From a bacterium (lineage in GTDB: Bacteria; Verrucomicrobiota; Kiritimatiellia; SPBP01), in assembly GCA_037134535.1 (NCBI GenBank), contig JBAXMA010000003.1, positions 1-46,252 of the forward strand: DNA of 46,252 nucleotides, read 5' to 3'. The translations under genes and the position numbers were made by a program. The notes under the pieces are model-generated. The model saw nothing but the letters and a program-made list of their open reading frames with translations. It was not told where the DNA came from and made no database searches. Positions 27,468 through 36,814 of the stretch are shown piece by piece; positions within the stretch are counted from its first letter, which is position 1; each line of letters begins with the position of its first letter.

Positions 27468-27497
27468 ATGGTATGTGAACGTACGTTCATTTGTCAA
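27468..27497 (-). promoter_or_regulatory. Sigma70 promoter of the lexA-like gene
   Basis: On the minus strand: TTGACA (27497-27492), 18 bp spacer, TACCAT (27473-27468). Confidence 0.7.
27476..27489. promoter_or_regulatory. Putative LexA autorepression operator (SOS box) TGAAC-GTAC-GTTCA
   Basis: Perfect 14-bp palindrome in the -35/-10 spacer of the lexA-like gene; matches the GAAC-N4-GTTC pattern. Confidence 0.8.
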
Positions 27498-28303
27498 GGT
27501 TGAATACCCGACATTGGCTTCCCGGGGGAGCGCATGTCTCGAATTGTTAGAAAGCTTTTATAGCCAGAAGGCAGGTTCGTGGACCCTGCCACAATGATAT
27601 CTTTGATCATCCACACGTTGTTGATCTTCTTGAAGCTCTCTATTGAGAGCCGTCGGAGCATCTTGCTTCCGGTGCCGTATTCCTCAGCCTGTAGAAGCAT
27701 CCGGTACTCCTTGTCGATCCATACCCTGATAGCCATGGCACGACTTGTCTCGCCGTCCTCTGCCGCAGGTTCGACGTCGATGACAAAACAGTCACGCCCC
27801 CTGACGGAAGCGCTACCGGCAAGAGTTCCTTTGCGCCACCACAAGAAAGGTAGCGAGAGGTCCGCCCATGTCACTCCTGTATCGCGGATTCTGGAAAAAA
27901 CATCGGGCGGGGCAGCAGCAACCAGAGGATTGCCGGCAAAATACTCGTATCTGGGCTTCTGGCCGGCTTCCCGCGATACCCGGAACTGCTCCAGGCTAGG
28001 GCCTTTCGAGTCATACAGAGCGTAGCTGCCCGACAGAGATCCACCACTGATATGGAGGCTAATCTCCACATTGTAGGCGATCAGGACAGATTGCCCGCGG
28101 TCACGCACTCCAAGTCGTCCCGTAATCAGGATGGGCTCACCAGGCATCTGGGCTAACACCGAATCCAGAATACTCTTTACTGACGGCGGCTGATTTGTGG
28201 CTGCAGGCTGCTCTGCTAAGACGAAACAGGTACAAAGACATGCGAAAACGGATATCGCGCATTTCGACCCAGATCGAATCATACTCATTTGGTGTTGCTT
28301 CAT
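27494..28303 (-). CDS. LolA-like outer-membrane lipoprotein-sorting family protein
   Basis: Signal peptide; IRDTGVTWADL, VRGRDCFVI, VWIDKE..MLLQAE, SFKKINNVWMIKDI. Exact start uncertain. Confidence 0.75.
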   Translation of the reverse strand: MKQHQMSMIRSGSKCAISVFACLCTCFVLAEQPAATNQPPSVKSILDSVLAQMPGEPILITGRLGVRDRGQSVLIAYNVEISLHISGGSLSGSYALYDSKGPSLEQFRVSREAGQKPRYEYFAGNPLVAAAPPDVFSRIRDTGVTWADLSLPFLWWRKGTLAGSASVRGRDCFVIDVEPAAEDGETSRAMAIRVWIDKEYRMLLQAEEYGTGSKMLRRLSIESFKKINNVWMIKDIIVAGSTNLPSGYKSFLTIRDMRSPGKPMSGIQP

Positions 28304-28489
28304 TCAATGGAAGTTAAACCAACTCGGAGTCTTCTTCAATGTCTACTTTGCATCATGCCCACTGTGTGGCAGTAAAGGAAAACCGCATTGAGAGGTATTT
28401 GTCATTGAAAGCCCATTAGTGGCGAGCTACAGTCCATGATCCTTTTGTCGTGAAGTGTGTTTGCTGAAATAATAAAGAAAGGTGGCTAG

Positions 28490-31003
28490 ATGAATAGGAT
28501 TTTTAAGAGACTGTTTGCGGGCGCGTTTATGTTGGCAGCCATGTGTTCCATCGCAGTTGCCGGCGAGGCCGATATCAAGATTCCTGACCTGAGTCAGGTT
28601 ACGTTCAGCGGGCTTGGCGGCGTCAGTGGTCTCACCCTCATGTATATCGGTATAGCCATCTGTGCCATTGGCGCAATATTCGGAATTGTGCAATACCAGC
28701 AGACCAAGGCTTTGCAGGTCCACGAATGCATGAGCTCAGTCTCAAACATCATTTGGGAGACATGCAAGACCTACCTGTTTCAGCAGGGTAAGTTCATTGC
28801 CATTCTTTGGGCGCTTATTGCCGCCTGCATGGTGTACTACTTCGGTATTCTGACGGAATACAAGGACGCAGCCGGGCAGGCAATGGGCACCAGTCACGTG
28901 GTCGCCAATGTCGCAGTCATCCTCGCTGCCTCAGTTCTTGGTATTCTGGGATCCTACGGAGTGGCCTGGTTCGGTATCCGCATCAATACTGTCGCAAACT
29001 CACGGACAGCATTTTCCGCGCTCAAGGGCAATCCGTTCGCAACGCTTTGCATTCCGCTCCGCTCCGGCATGAGCGTGGGTTTGCTGCTCGTGGCAGTTGA
29101 ATTGTTCTTCATGATCTGCATTCTTGTGTTCCTGCCGCGCGAACTGGTTGGCCCCTGTTTCATCGGTTTTGCAATTGGTGAGTCGCTGGGTGCGTCCGTG
29201 CTTCGTATCTGCGGCGGTATCTTCACTAAGATCGCGGACATTGGTTCCGACTTGATGAAGATCGTCTTCAAGCTCCCCGAGGATGATCCCAAGAATCCCG
29301 GCGTTATCGCTGACTGCACCGGCGACAATGCCGGCGACAGTGTTGGTCCGACGGCTGACGGCTTCGAGACTTACGGCGTCACCGGTGTAGCGTTGATTGC
29401 GTTCCTTGCGCTGGCACTGACAGCCAGCCCGGCTATTTGCGCCACCCTCATCATCTGGCTGTTCGTGATGCGCGCTCTGATGATCGTAACATCGCTGGTA
29501 TCCTACTTTACGAACGAATTCATCAGCAAAGCCGCGTACGGCAGCAAGAAGGACTTCGATTTTGAAGCACCATTGACACATCTGGTGTGGATTACATCGG
29601 CTGTCTCGATCGGCATAACGTTCGTCGCAAGCAAGCTGCTGCTTGGTGACTTCAAGGATGCACTCGGCACGGCGCAACCCGACCTCTGGTGGGTCCTGTC
29701 CGCCATCATCAGCTGCGGTACAGTTGCCGGTGCGTTGATTCCCGAATTCACGAAGATATTCGTCAGCACCAACTCAACGCACGTCAAGGAAGTGACCAAC
29801 TGCTCCCGGCACGGGGGTGCGTCTCTGAACATTCTGTCGGGCTTCGTTGCCGGCAACTTCTCCGCGTTCTGGATGGGGCTGGTTATCATGCTACTGATGT
29901 CCACTTCCTACTATTTCTCCCAGAACATTGCGTTGCTTTCCATTATGCCAAGTGCTTTCGCATTCGCCGCGCCGATATTTGCATTCGGTCTGGTCGCTTT
30001 TGGCTTCCTCGGAATGGGACCAGTGACAATCGCCGTGGACAGCTACGGACCGGTCACGGACAACGCACAATCCGTTTATGAACTGAGTCAGATTGAAGGG
30101 CGCAAAGGCATCAAGGAGGACATTGAGAAGAACTTCGGCTTCAAACCGGATTTCGAAAATGCCAAGTTCCTCCTTGAAAAAGGTGATGGTGCAGGCAATA
30201 CATTCAAGGCGACGGCAAAGCCAGTGCTCATTGGCACTGCAGTTGTCGGCGCGACCACAATGGTTTTCGGCATCATCATGCTGCTGCAGAAGATGTTTGA
30301 CGCCCAGGAGGCTTCCGGCGTAGCCGGTCCATTCAAGCCGGTCGTTGACGCTCTCAGCATCGTGCAACCGGAAATCATCCTTGGACTTATTATGGGCGGC
30401 GCGGTGATTTACTGGTTTACCGGCGCATCCTGCCAGGCAGTCGTGACCGGCGCATATAGCGCGGTGGTTTATATCAAGGAGCACATGAAGCTGGACGCCA
30501 CCACGGCATCGGAGAAGGACAGTAAGGAAGTAGTTCGTATTTGTACTGTCTACGCGCAGAAGGGCATGTGGAACATCTTCATTGTGATATTCTGCTTCGC
30601 CCTCGCTCTGCCTTTCTTTAATCCCTACTTCTTCATCGGATACCTGATCGGCATCGCATTCTTCGGTCTGTTCCAGGCCATTTTCATGGCCAACGCCGGC
30701 GGGGCGTGGGACAACGCGAAGAAGATCGTAGAAGTGGATCTTCGCCAGAAGGGTACGGACTTGCACGCAGCTTGCGTTGTCGGCGACACGGTAGGCGATC
30801 CCTTCAAAGACACGTCATCAGTGGCGATGAACCCGGTGATCAAGTTCACGACGTTGTTCGGCCTGCTCGCTGTTGAGATTGCCGTGACGATGTCGAACCA
30901 GACTCTCAAGTATGCAATTGGCGGCGTATTATTCCTCATTGCTCTGGTATTCGTATACCGGTCATTCTACAGCATGCGGATTCCCGAAGACGCAAAGAAC
31001 TAA
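28490..31003 (+). CDS. hppA: Membrane-bound ion-translocating pyrophosphatase, K+-independent signature, divergent subfamily
   Basis: GGIFTKIADIGSDL, EDDPKNPGVIADCTGDNAGD, DSYGPVTDNA, GNTFKA, GGAWDNAKK, GDTVGDPFKDT; many TM helices. Confidence 0.96.
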   Translation: MNRIFKRLFAGAFMLAAMCSIAVAGEADIKIPDLSQVTFSGLGGVSGLTLMYIGIAICAIGAIFGIVQYQQTKALQVHECMSSVSNIIWETCKTYLFQQGKFIAILWALIAACMVYYFGILTEYKDAAGQAMGTSHVVANVAVILAASVLGILGSYGVAWFGIRINTVANSRTAFSALKGNPFATLCIPLRSGMSVGLLLVAVELFFMICILVFLPRELVGPCFIGFAIGESLGASVLRICGGIFTKIADIGSDLMKIVFKLPEDDPKNPGVIADCTGDNAGDSVGPTADGFETYGVTGVALIAFLALALTASPAICATLIIWLFVMRALMIVTSLVSYFTNEFISKAAYGSKKDFDFEAPLTHLVWITSAVSIGITFVASKLLLGDFKDALGTAQPDLWWVLSAIISCGTVAGALIPEFTKIFVSTNSTHVKEVTNCSRHGGASLNILSGFVAGNFSAFWMGLVIMLLMSTSYYFSQNIALLSIMPSAFAFAAPIFAFGLVAFGFLGMGPVTIAVDSYGPVTDNAQSVYELSQIEGRKGIKEDIEKNFGFKPDFENAKFLLEKGDGAGNTFKATAKPVLIGTAVVGATTMVFGIIMLLQKMFDAQEASGVAGPFKPVVDALSIVQPEIILGLIMGGAVIYWFTGASCQAVVTGAYSAVVYIKEHMKLDATTASEKDSKEVVRICTVYAQKGMWNIFIVIFCFALALPFFNPYFFIGYLIGIAFFGLFQAIFMANAGGAWDNAKKIVEVDLRQKGTDLHAACVVGDTVGDPFKDTSSVAMNPVIKFTTLFGLLAVEIAVTMSNQTLKYAIGGVLFLIALVFVYRSFYSMRIPEDAKN

Positions 31004-31812
31004 TGCCCGACAATAGATTGCCATCCGTACCGGTGCCTGGAGTGAAGGTTGTGTTTCTCGGCACTGGTACGTCGGTGGGCATACCGGCTATTGGTTGCAC
31101 GTGCCCGGTATGCCTGTCCGATGATCCGCGAAACAAGCGGCTGCGGACCAGTTTGTACCTGCAGGCCGGTGGCACGAGCGTAGTAGTTGATACTGCGCCT
31201 GACTTCAGGATGCAGGCAATCACCCACAAGATCCCCCGCGTGGACGCGCTGGTGTTTACGCATTCACATGCTGATCACATCCTGGGATTCGACGATATCC
31301 GACGCTATAACACCATGCAGGACGGCCGGATTCCGGCGTATGGGTCCGCCGACACCATCGCCGACATGAACAGGATCTTCGACTATATTCACCACGAACA
31401 TGCCCCCGGCGTTTACCGGCCCCGGGTGGATTTCCATGAGGTATCAGGGCCATTTCAGATCGGTGCCATTCAGGTTGAGCCTTTTCAAGTGGTTCATGCG
31501 CCTAAAATGACCTATGGCTACAGGTTTGAAGCAGCGGGTCGCTCACTGGGCTATTTTCCGGACTGCCACGAGATGGCTCCGGCGACAGTTCAGCGGTTGC
31601 AGGGACTGGATGTGATGGTTTTGGATGCCCTGAGACACAAACCGCACAGCACGCACCTGACGCTTGCCGAAAGCATTAAGACGCTCGAGAAGATTGGTGC
31701 CAGAAAGTCCTTTATCATCCACATGTGTCACGACCTGGATCATGAGCAGACGCAGAAAGCATTACCAGAGTCGATGTTTGTTTCGTACGACGGTTTGATT
31801 CTGGAATGGTAA
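31003..31812 (+). CDS. MBL-fold metallo-hydrolase, PhnP/YycJ-like
   Basis: FLGTGTSVGIPAIGCTCPVC, RNKRLRTS, THSHADHILGFDDIR, HSTH, IHMCH, YDGL. TAATG overlap with hppA. Confidence 0.92.
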   Translation: MPDNRLPSVPVPGVKVVFLGTGTSVGIPAIGCTCPVCLSDDPRNKRLRTSLYLQAGGTSVVVDTAPDFRMQAITHKIPRVDALVFTHSHADHILGFDDIRRYNTMQDGRIPAYGSADTIADMNRIFDYIHHEHAPGVYRPRVDFHEVSGPFQIGAIQVEPFQVVHAPKMTYGYRFEAAGRSLGYFPDCHEMAPATVQRLQGLDVMVLDALRHKPHSTHLTLAESIKTLEKIGARKSFIIHMCHDLDHEQTQKALPESMFVSYDGLILEW

Positions 31813-31846
31813 AAAGTGACCGGCGCCTGCAACGGAGAGGCGCCGG
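31811..31846 (-). terminator. Probable intrinsic terminator between convergent genes
   Basis: 9-bp stem CCGGCGCCT (31820-31828) / AGGCGCCGG (31838-31846), followed on the minus strand by TCACTTTTT. Confidence 0.6.
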
Positions 31847-31875
31847 GTGGCTTGGAGCAAAAGTCGCCAGGTCTG

Positions 31876-33648
31876 CTACTTGTTATCCGGAGGGACTGTA
31901 GAATCGTCGGGCATAGGCATCCCCTTCTTAACCCCGCCGCCCATTCCTCCCGTTGCCTGCTCTATGGTTTTGATCAGACCCTTTATTTCCGATTGTGGAA
32001 CGTGGAGGTTGAAGTATTGGGTCGTGCCCTGCATCCTCAGAGAGAATGTGACGAGGTCGCCTAGTACCGGAGCAGGTTGGCCGCTCGGCGCACCGGCTCC
32101 GGCCATCATGCGCGTTATCATACCGAAAGTGAAATGCGCATAGGCGGGAAGAGAAATCAGGCCCGCGAACGAAGCATCCTTAGGCACCCTGTCCAGAGCC
32201 GCAATCACCTTCGGGTTGGCTAAAAGGCCAGGAACTTGATTCTTTGATGCTTTGATTGCCCGAACCATGGTCTCTTTACCGCCCATACTGACGATAGCTG
32301 TGCGGCCCAGCAAGGCCATGCGCATTGTCATTCCTTCAGGGCCGTAGATGGATTCCATCATCTTCTGCGCCTCCTCTTTCTCTTCCGGTCCCATGTCGGG
32401 CGAAGAGAAGGCCATCTTTGTCTTGCTGATATCCACTGCCACGCCATCAATGGTTTCTGCGCCAGGCTTATAGTCCGCTGTCATTTCCATCGAGGGACTG
32501 CCCATGGGTCCCATGGCGGAGAATGCCTTGGTCAGATTGGCCGAAAGCGGTATCGTCTTAGCCAACAGCTTCCTGTACGCATCGGGATTCTTCACGGCAA
32601 TCGTCTGAGTCATCCGGTATGTCCCCTCACCGGCAGGTGCTGGTTCCATTATGAAGGCAAATTCGTTGCCGATGGTCCCGGCCCATTCGTCATAGATCGC
32701 CCATAGATCATCAATGCTTTTGCGGGCAACCTTGTTTGACGCCGGTGTGACGGCAGCAAACAGGGGCTTAAGTATGGACTTCGTCGGACCAATTGCTTTG
32801 ATCCAATCCATTCGCCCCCAGCCAGCCAGCAGAAAGCTGTCGGTTGCAGCCAGACCTGCCTTTGCCGGGACCATTGGCGTCCCTGAGGCGGCAATAAGGG
32901 CAAGTTGCGAATCTGGCGCATAGTCAAGTCCGACCGTCAGCAAAGCTGCATCCGTTTTGATATCGGCCGCTACTGTGAGAGAATTCACCTGATTCAGCAA
33001 ACCTACGGCCCAGTCAGCAATCATAGTTGGATTTGGCCCGCCTGCAGCAGTGTCATCGGCTGGAGGAGTTTTCGGTATTGCAGCCTTTGCTTTGGCAGTC
33101 AGGGCTTTCGTGTTCACCCAGGCCCAGATAGAGCGGCTGTTCAGGTCGGTTCTCTGCTGCTCGGTTATCTTCAAGCGCGCGGTTGCTGTGGAAATCGCCT
33201 TGACTGATGCGAGATTGTCGGACATCACGACCCACGGATCCATCTTCAGCATATAGGTCGCAGATCCTAATGCCGCGGCAACTTTTATGATTCCGCCTTC
33301 AATCTTCTCTCCTTCCAGTGCCGCACCTGATTTCATGCGACCCATGAGCACCATGTCGGGATGGACCTGGCCTGGCATGAGAATAGCAACAGCAGCACCC
33401 CTTAAGTCCACGCCAGCCGGCAGGGACATTTCCATCACAGCCAGAAGATCGGGTATCTTGTCGCCTTGACAACTCAGTTCTTTGAGATTGGTCCAGAGCT
33501 CCTTAATGTTTCGAGCGCCGGCTACGACCAGGGCATCGGCCGGGGCCTGAGACACCGCCCATGCCAAGTCTTTGTTTTGAGCATTGAGCCCGATAGTTGA
33601 AGAGAGCACTAGGCAGACAACGGATAGCAGAACGCGGCGAGCTGTCAT
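31876..33648 (-). CDS. Secreted hypothetical protein
   Basis: 590-aa ORF, AAGGAG RBS, signal peptide ending LNA-Q. No family recognised with confidence. Confidence 0.8.
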   Translation of the reverse strand: MTARRVLLSVVCLVLSSTIGLNAQNKDLAWAVSQAPADALVVAGARNIKELWTNLKELSCQGDKIPDLLAVMEMSLPAGVDLRGAAVAILMPGQVHPDMVLMGRMKSGAALEGEKIEGGIIKVAAALGSATYMLKMDPWVVMSDNLASVKAISTATARLKITEQQRTDLNSRSIWAWVNTKALTAKAKAAIPKTPPADDTAAGGPNPTMIADWAVGLLNQVNSLTVAADIKTDAALLTVGLDYAPDSQLALIAASGTPMVPAKAGLAATDSFLLAGWGRMDWIKAIGPTKSILKPLFAAVTPASNKVARKSIDDLWAIYDEWAGTIGNEFAFIMEPAPAGEGTYRMTQTIAVKNPDAYRKLLAKTIPLSANLTKAFSAMGPMGSPSMEMTADYKPGAETIDGVAVDISKTKMAFSSPDMGPEEKEEAQKMMESIYGPEGMTMRMALLGRTAIVSMGGKETMVRAIKASKNQVPGLLANPKVIAALDRVPKDASFAGLISLPAYAHFTFGMITRMMAGAGAPSGQPAPVLGDLVTFSLRMQGTTQYFNLHVPQSEIKGLIKTIEQATGGMGGGVKKGMPMPDDSTVPPDNK

Positions 33649-33874
33649 GAGTTATTTCTCCTTGTTGCGAATTAGAAGAAGACCTGCTTGCCTGAAATCT
33701 ACTTCAGGCGCGCGAACGCCGCAAGCCAAAAGCATTCACCGGTAACGGGAGCATTCGCCATGGCAATCTTCAGGCTTCCGGATTTTGGATGAGTCCGGGC
33801 TTGATAAAACGGTCAGACGTTGTCAGGATACTGATCCTTGTTGCCGGGATTTATTAAGATCGGGGAAGGAGACA

Positions 33875-34204
33875 ATGTTCATGAATATCTTTCGCGGGAT
33901 AGCATTGCTGGCTGCAGTGCTCTTGATTGCGGCATGCAGCGGGTGTTCTATGTCTACGGAACAAACAATGTATGACATTGGCCTGAAAGCTCTTAAGCAG
34001 GATCCGGCCTTCTCGAAAACGGAGGCAACCGCAGCTCCAAGGTCCAAGTGCACGTTTTACATCGGGAAAAGCGCTGCGAGTATGGAAATGCCTTACTCTG
34101 TAAGTGGCCAGGGGGCAACTGAAGGCACCTATGTAGTGTGGCTTAATCGCATCGGAACCCTGTGGGAGTTTAATCGAAGTTCCGTTGCGCCCAAACGGCA
34201 GTAG
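33875..34204 (+). CDS. Small lipoprotein, hypothetical
   Basis: AAGGAG RBS; hydrophobic signal ending IAAC/SGC. Confidence 0.7.
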   Translation: MFMNIFRGIALLAAVLLIAACSGCSMSTEQTMYDIGLKALKQDPAFSKTEATAAPRSKCTFYIGKSAASMEMPYSVSGQGATEGTYVVWLNRIGTLWEFNRSSVAPKRQ

Positions 34205-34229
34205 GCGCCCGTTTGTACCGGAGCGACCG

Positions 34230-35444
34230 ATGGAAGATCATCTGCGGGATATTATCCGGCTCAGTCTGGACAGTTCTCCAGAGAAGATGATGGAAAGGGC
34301 ACTTCAGGCCTGTATTGACATCTCCGGCGCCAGGGGTGGTTCAATTCTCGGCGAGGAGGGCCCCTATCTCCAGTTTCTATTTTCAGATGTCCCCGACCTT
34401 GTCGGCAAAAGAGTACCGCTGGAGAGTATTGCCGGTGCCACGATCCTCAAAGGGGTCATCATCTATACCTTCGCACCAAAGGACAGCAGGCATTTCAAGG
34501 AGATCGACGACACGCTGCCATCTCGAACGCGTTACCTTCTCAGTATACCAATACCCTCGATACACAGGTCCGGCGAGCAGCAGCAAAAGCAGAAGAACGC
34601 CGGCGCACTCCAGTTGCTGTTTGACGAGAATCTCTTTGCAGGCATTGCCGTGGATGAAAGTCTCAGGGAGTTTGAAGTGGATGCTTTCCGGGAGGATGAG
34701 TTCTGCCGTAAACATCTGAACGGGATCTTTGTGATCCTGCCCAATATTGCATTTGCAATGGAGGTGACGAAGCTGCGGCAGACATCATATCAGGCAATAC
34801 ATGAACTCAAGAACAAACTCATCTCGGCCTTGTCATGGCTTGATTACCTTAAGAGCGATATCCAGCCTGATCCGCAGGCAATGCTGGACCGTGACGCAGT
34901 AGAACAGGACATGGAGCTGGTGGAATCCGCTCTCCGCGAAGGCGCGGAACTGGCGAAGACCTATCTCACGCTCGCGTCGCTGTATGAGCCGCATTTTACG
35001 GATTGCGACCTTAATGCCGTGCTGAGAGATGTCGGAGCCTCTGCTCAGGCATTCGGGGATCTGCGTCGCCCCGGCGAGCTCAGGCTCGACACCGATTTGA
35101 ATCCAGCTCTGCCGGTTCGGAGACTTGATTCTGAGAAGCTCAAGATGGCCTTCTTCAACCTTTGCAAGAATGCTGTGGAAGCCATGCTTGATCACCGGGT
35201 TGCGGAGCCCTGCCTGACTATTGTGTCCCGCCTCGAGAATGACCGCCTCGTTGTTACTGTCGGCGATAACGGACCTGGAATGCCGAAGGAAATAGCAGAC
35301 AACCTTTTCATTCCGTTCAAGACCAAGAAGGAAGGCGGCACCGGCCTCGGGCTGACAATTACGAAGAAGATTATTGATATGCATGGTGGCAGAATTCAGT
35401 GCGGGACCGGGGCAGATGGAACGACCTTCACAGTTATAATCTAA
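34230..35444 (+). CDS. Soluble GAF-like histidine kinase
   Basis: GAF-like N-terminus (GSIL, SIAG, TRYLLSIPI), H-box IHELKNKL, FNLCKNAVEAM, DNGPGM, LFIPFKTKK, GGTGLGL. No TM segment. Confidence 0.9.
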   Translation: MEDHLRDIIRLSLDSSPEKMMERALQACIDISGARGGSILGEEGPYLQFLFSDVPDLVGKRVPLESIAGATILKGVIIYTFAPKDSRHFKEIDDTLPSRTRYLLSIPIPSIHRSGEQQQKQKNAGALQLLFDENLFAGIAVDESLREFEVDAFREDEFCRKHLNGIFVILPNIAFAMEVTKLRQTSYQAIHELKNKLISALSWLDYLKSDIQPDPQAMLDRDAVEQDMELVESALREGAELAKTYLTLASLYEPHFTDCDLNAVLRDVGASAQAFGDLRRPGELRLDTDLNPALPVRRLDSEKLKMAFFNLCKNAVEAMLDHRVAEPCLTIVSRLENDRLVVTVGDNGPGMPKEIADNLFIPFKTKKEGGTGLGLTITKKIIDMHGGRIQCGTGADGTTFTVII

Positions 35445-35458
35445 ACAGGAGGTGTGGT

Positions 35459-36016
35459 ATGGCTGAACATGCGAGTACGGATGCGGAAGGTGAAATACTT
35501 CACAGGCAGTACATTGATCTCGTTGAGACCATCAAGAGAAATATGGATCCGCGAAGCAACACCGTTCTGCTGGTGGATGACGAGCGCGGCATCCGGATGA
35601 AAGTTGCCCGTGATGTAAAGGCATTTGATCCCTCGATTGTGGTGTATGAGGCTGGCAACGGCAAGGATGCGCTGGAGAAGCTTACCCAGATCCGGAAGAC
35701 CCATGTGCGCGATCCGCTGTTCATTGTTCTGGATCTTAACATGCCGATCATGGACGGGTGGGCGGTTATCGCAAAGCTGAAGGAAGAATATGAAAGCAAA
35801 GGGCGGGCATCCGGAATACCCATCATTGTTCTATCATCCACAAGCGGCGAAAAGAATGTGGCCTTTATCATGAAGAAAAGCGTGCACGAAAGTAAATCAG
35901 GCTACATTCCGCTGGTGACTGTTGCTAAGGAGACGTGTGTTGACAAGCGTCGCTATGACGCAGCCGGAGAACCAGGTCTGATGAACTGGCTCGACTACTT
36001 TGTGAGGAAAAAGTAG
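35459..36016 (+). CDS. Stand-alone response regulator receiver protein with N- and C-terminal extensions
   Basis: AGGAGG RBS; LLVDDE, VLDLNMPIMDG, IVLSS. Confidence 0.88.
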   Translation: MAEHASTDAEGEILHRQYIDLVETIKRNMDPRSNTVLLVDDERGIRMKVARDVKAFDPSIVVYEAGNGKDALEKLTQIRKTHVRDPLFIVLDLNMPIMDGWAVIAKLKEEYESKGRASGIPIIVLSSTSGEKNVAFIMKKSVHESKSGYIPLVTVAKETCVDKRRYDAAGEPGLMNWLDYFVRKK

Positions 36017-36026
36017 AGGTCTGCAG

Positions 36027-36758
36027 CTAAGGACGGGTGGCAGCAGCAAGGAGTTCGCTCAGCGACACACAGTTTTCGTAGAGGGCCTTGCCTACGATGG
36101 CACCTGCAAGGTTGGCTGCCGCGAGATTCCGCAGGATGCGGATATCTTCAGCTGAGGCGATGCCGCCGGATGCAATGACATCGCATGATACAGCCTTGCA
36201 GACTGCCGCCACCTGACCTGCATTGACTCCGCGCAACATTCCATCCACTGCTGTATCAGTGTAGATCAGAGTCTTGATGCCGAGTGCGTCGAGTTGAACG
36301 GCAAGGTCCACTGCCTTTACGGCTGTTGTTTCGACCCAGCCTTTGACCTGAACCAGCCCGTTCCTGGCATCGATGCCTACTGCCAGCTTGTCGCCGAACT
36401 GCTGGATCAGTGGTGCGAGGGAGTCAGGAGTCATGCAGGCCTTTGTGCCGAGAATCACACGTCTGGCGCCCGCATCAATCAAGGTGGAGATATCTGTTTC
36501 TGTGCGGAGCCCGCCGCCAACTTCGATTGGAATGGCAATGGCGGCGGCAATTTTGGCGAGCAAAGCAGTGTGAACGGGCTTTCCCTGAAATGCGCCGTCA
36601 AGGTCCACGATGTGCAGAAGCTGGGCGCCCTCGGCTTCCCAGCGCTGAGCCATTGTTACGGGGTCTTCAGAGTAAACCGTGACTTCAGTCGCCTTGCCCT
36701 GCTTGAGCCTGACACATTTGCCGTCCTTCAGATCTATAGCCGGGATGATCGTGATCAT
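36027..36758 (-). CDS. hisA: ProFAR isomerase
   Basis: IIPAIDLKDGKCVRLKQG, HIVDLDGA, VGGGLR, IYTD..DGMLRG, IASGG, IVGKALY. Confidence 0.97.
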   Translation of the reverse strand: MITIIPAIDLKDGKCVRLKQGKATEVTVYSEDPVTMAQRWEAEGAQLLHIVDLDGAFQGKPVHTALLAKIAAAIAIPIEVGGGLRTETDISTLIDAGARRVILGTKACMTPDSLAPLIQQFGDKLAVGIDARNGLVQVKGWVETTAVKAVDLAVQLDALGIKTLIYTDTAVDGMLRGVNAGQVAAVCKAVSCDVIASGGIASAEDIRILRNLAAANLAGAIVGKALYENCVSLSELLAAATRP

Positions 36759-36814
36759 ATTTTCTGCATTCGTGCTGGTCGCTTGACCTGCTATTTAACG
36801 GGCATGAGCCTGTC

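Noticed and set aside
28304-28489. Fluoride riboswitch upstream of hppA
   Set aside because: No GGCGAUGG...GCUGAUGAC-type consensus is visible.
28954-30939. Several long minus-strand ORFs within hppA
   Set aside because: Antisense shadows expected from biased codon usage in a conserved gene.
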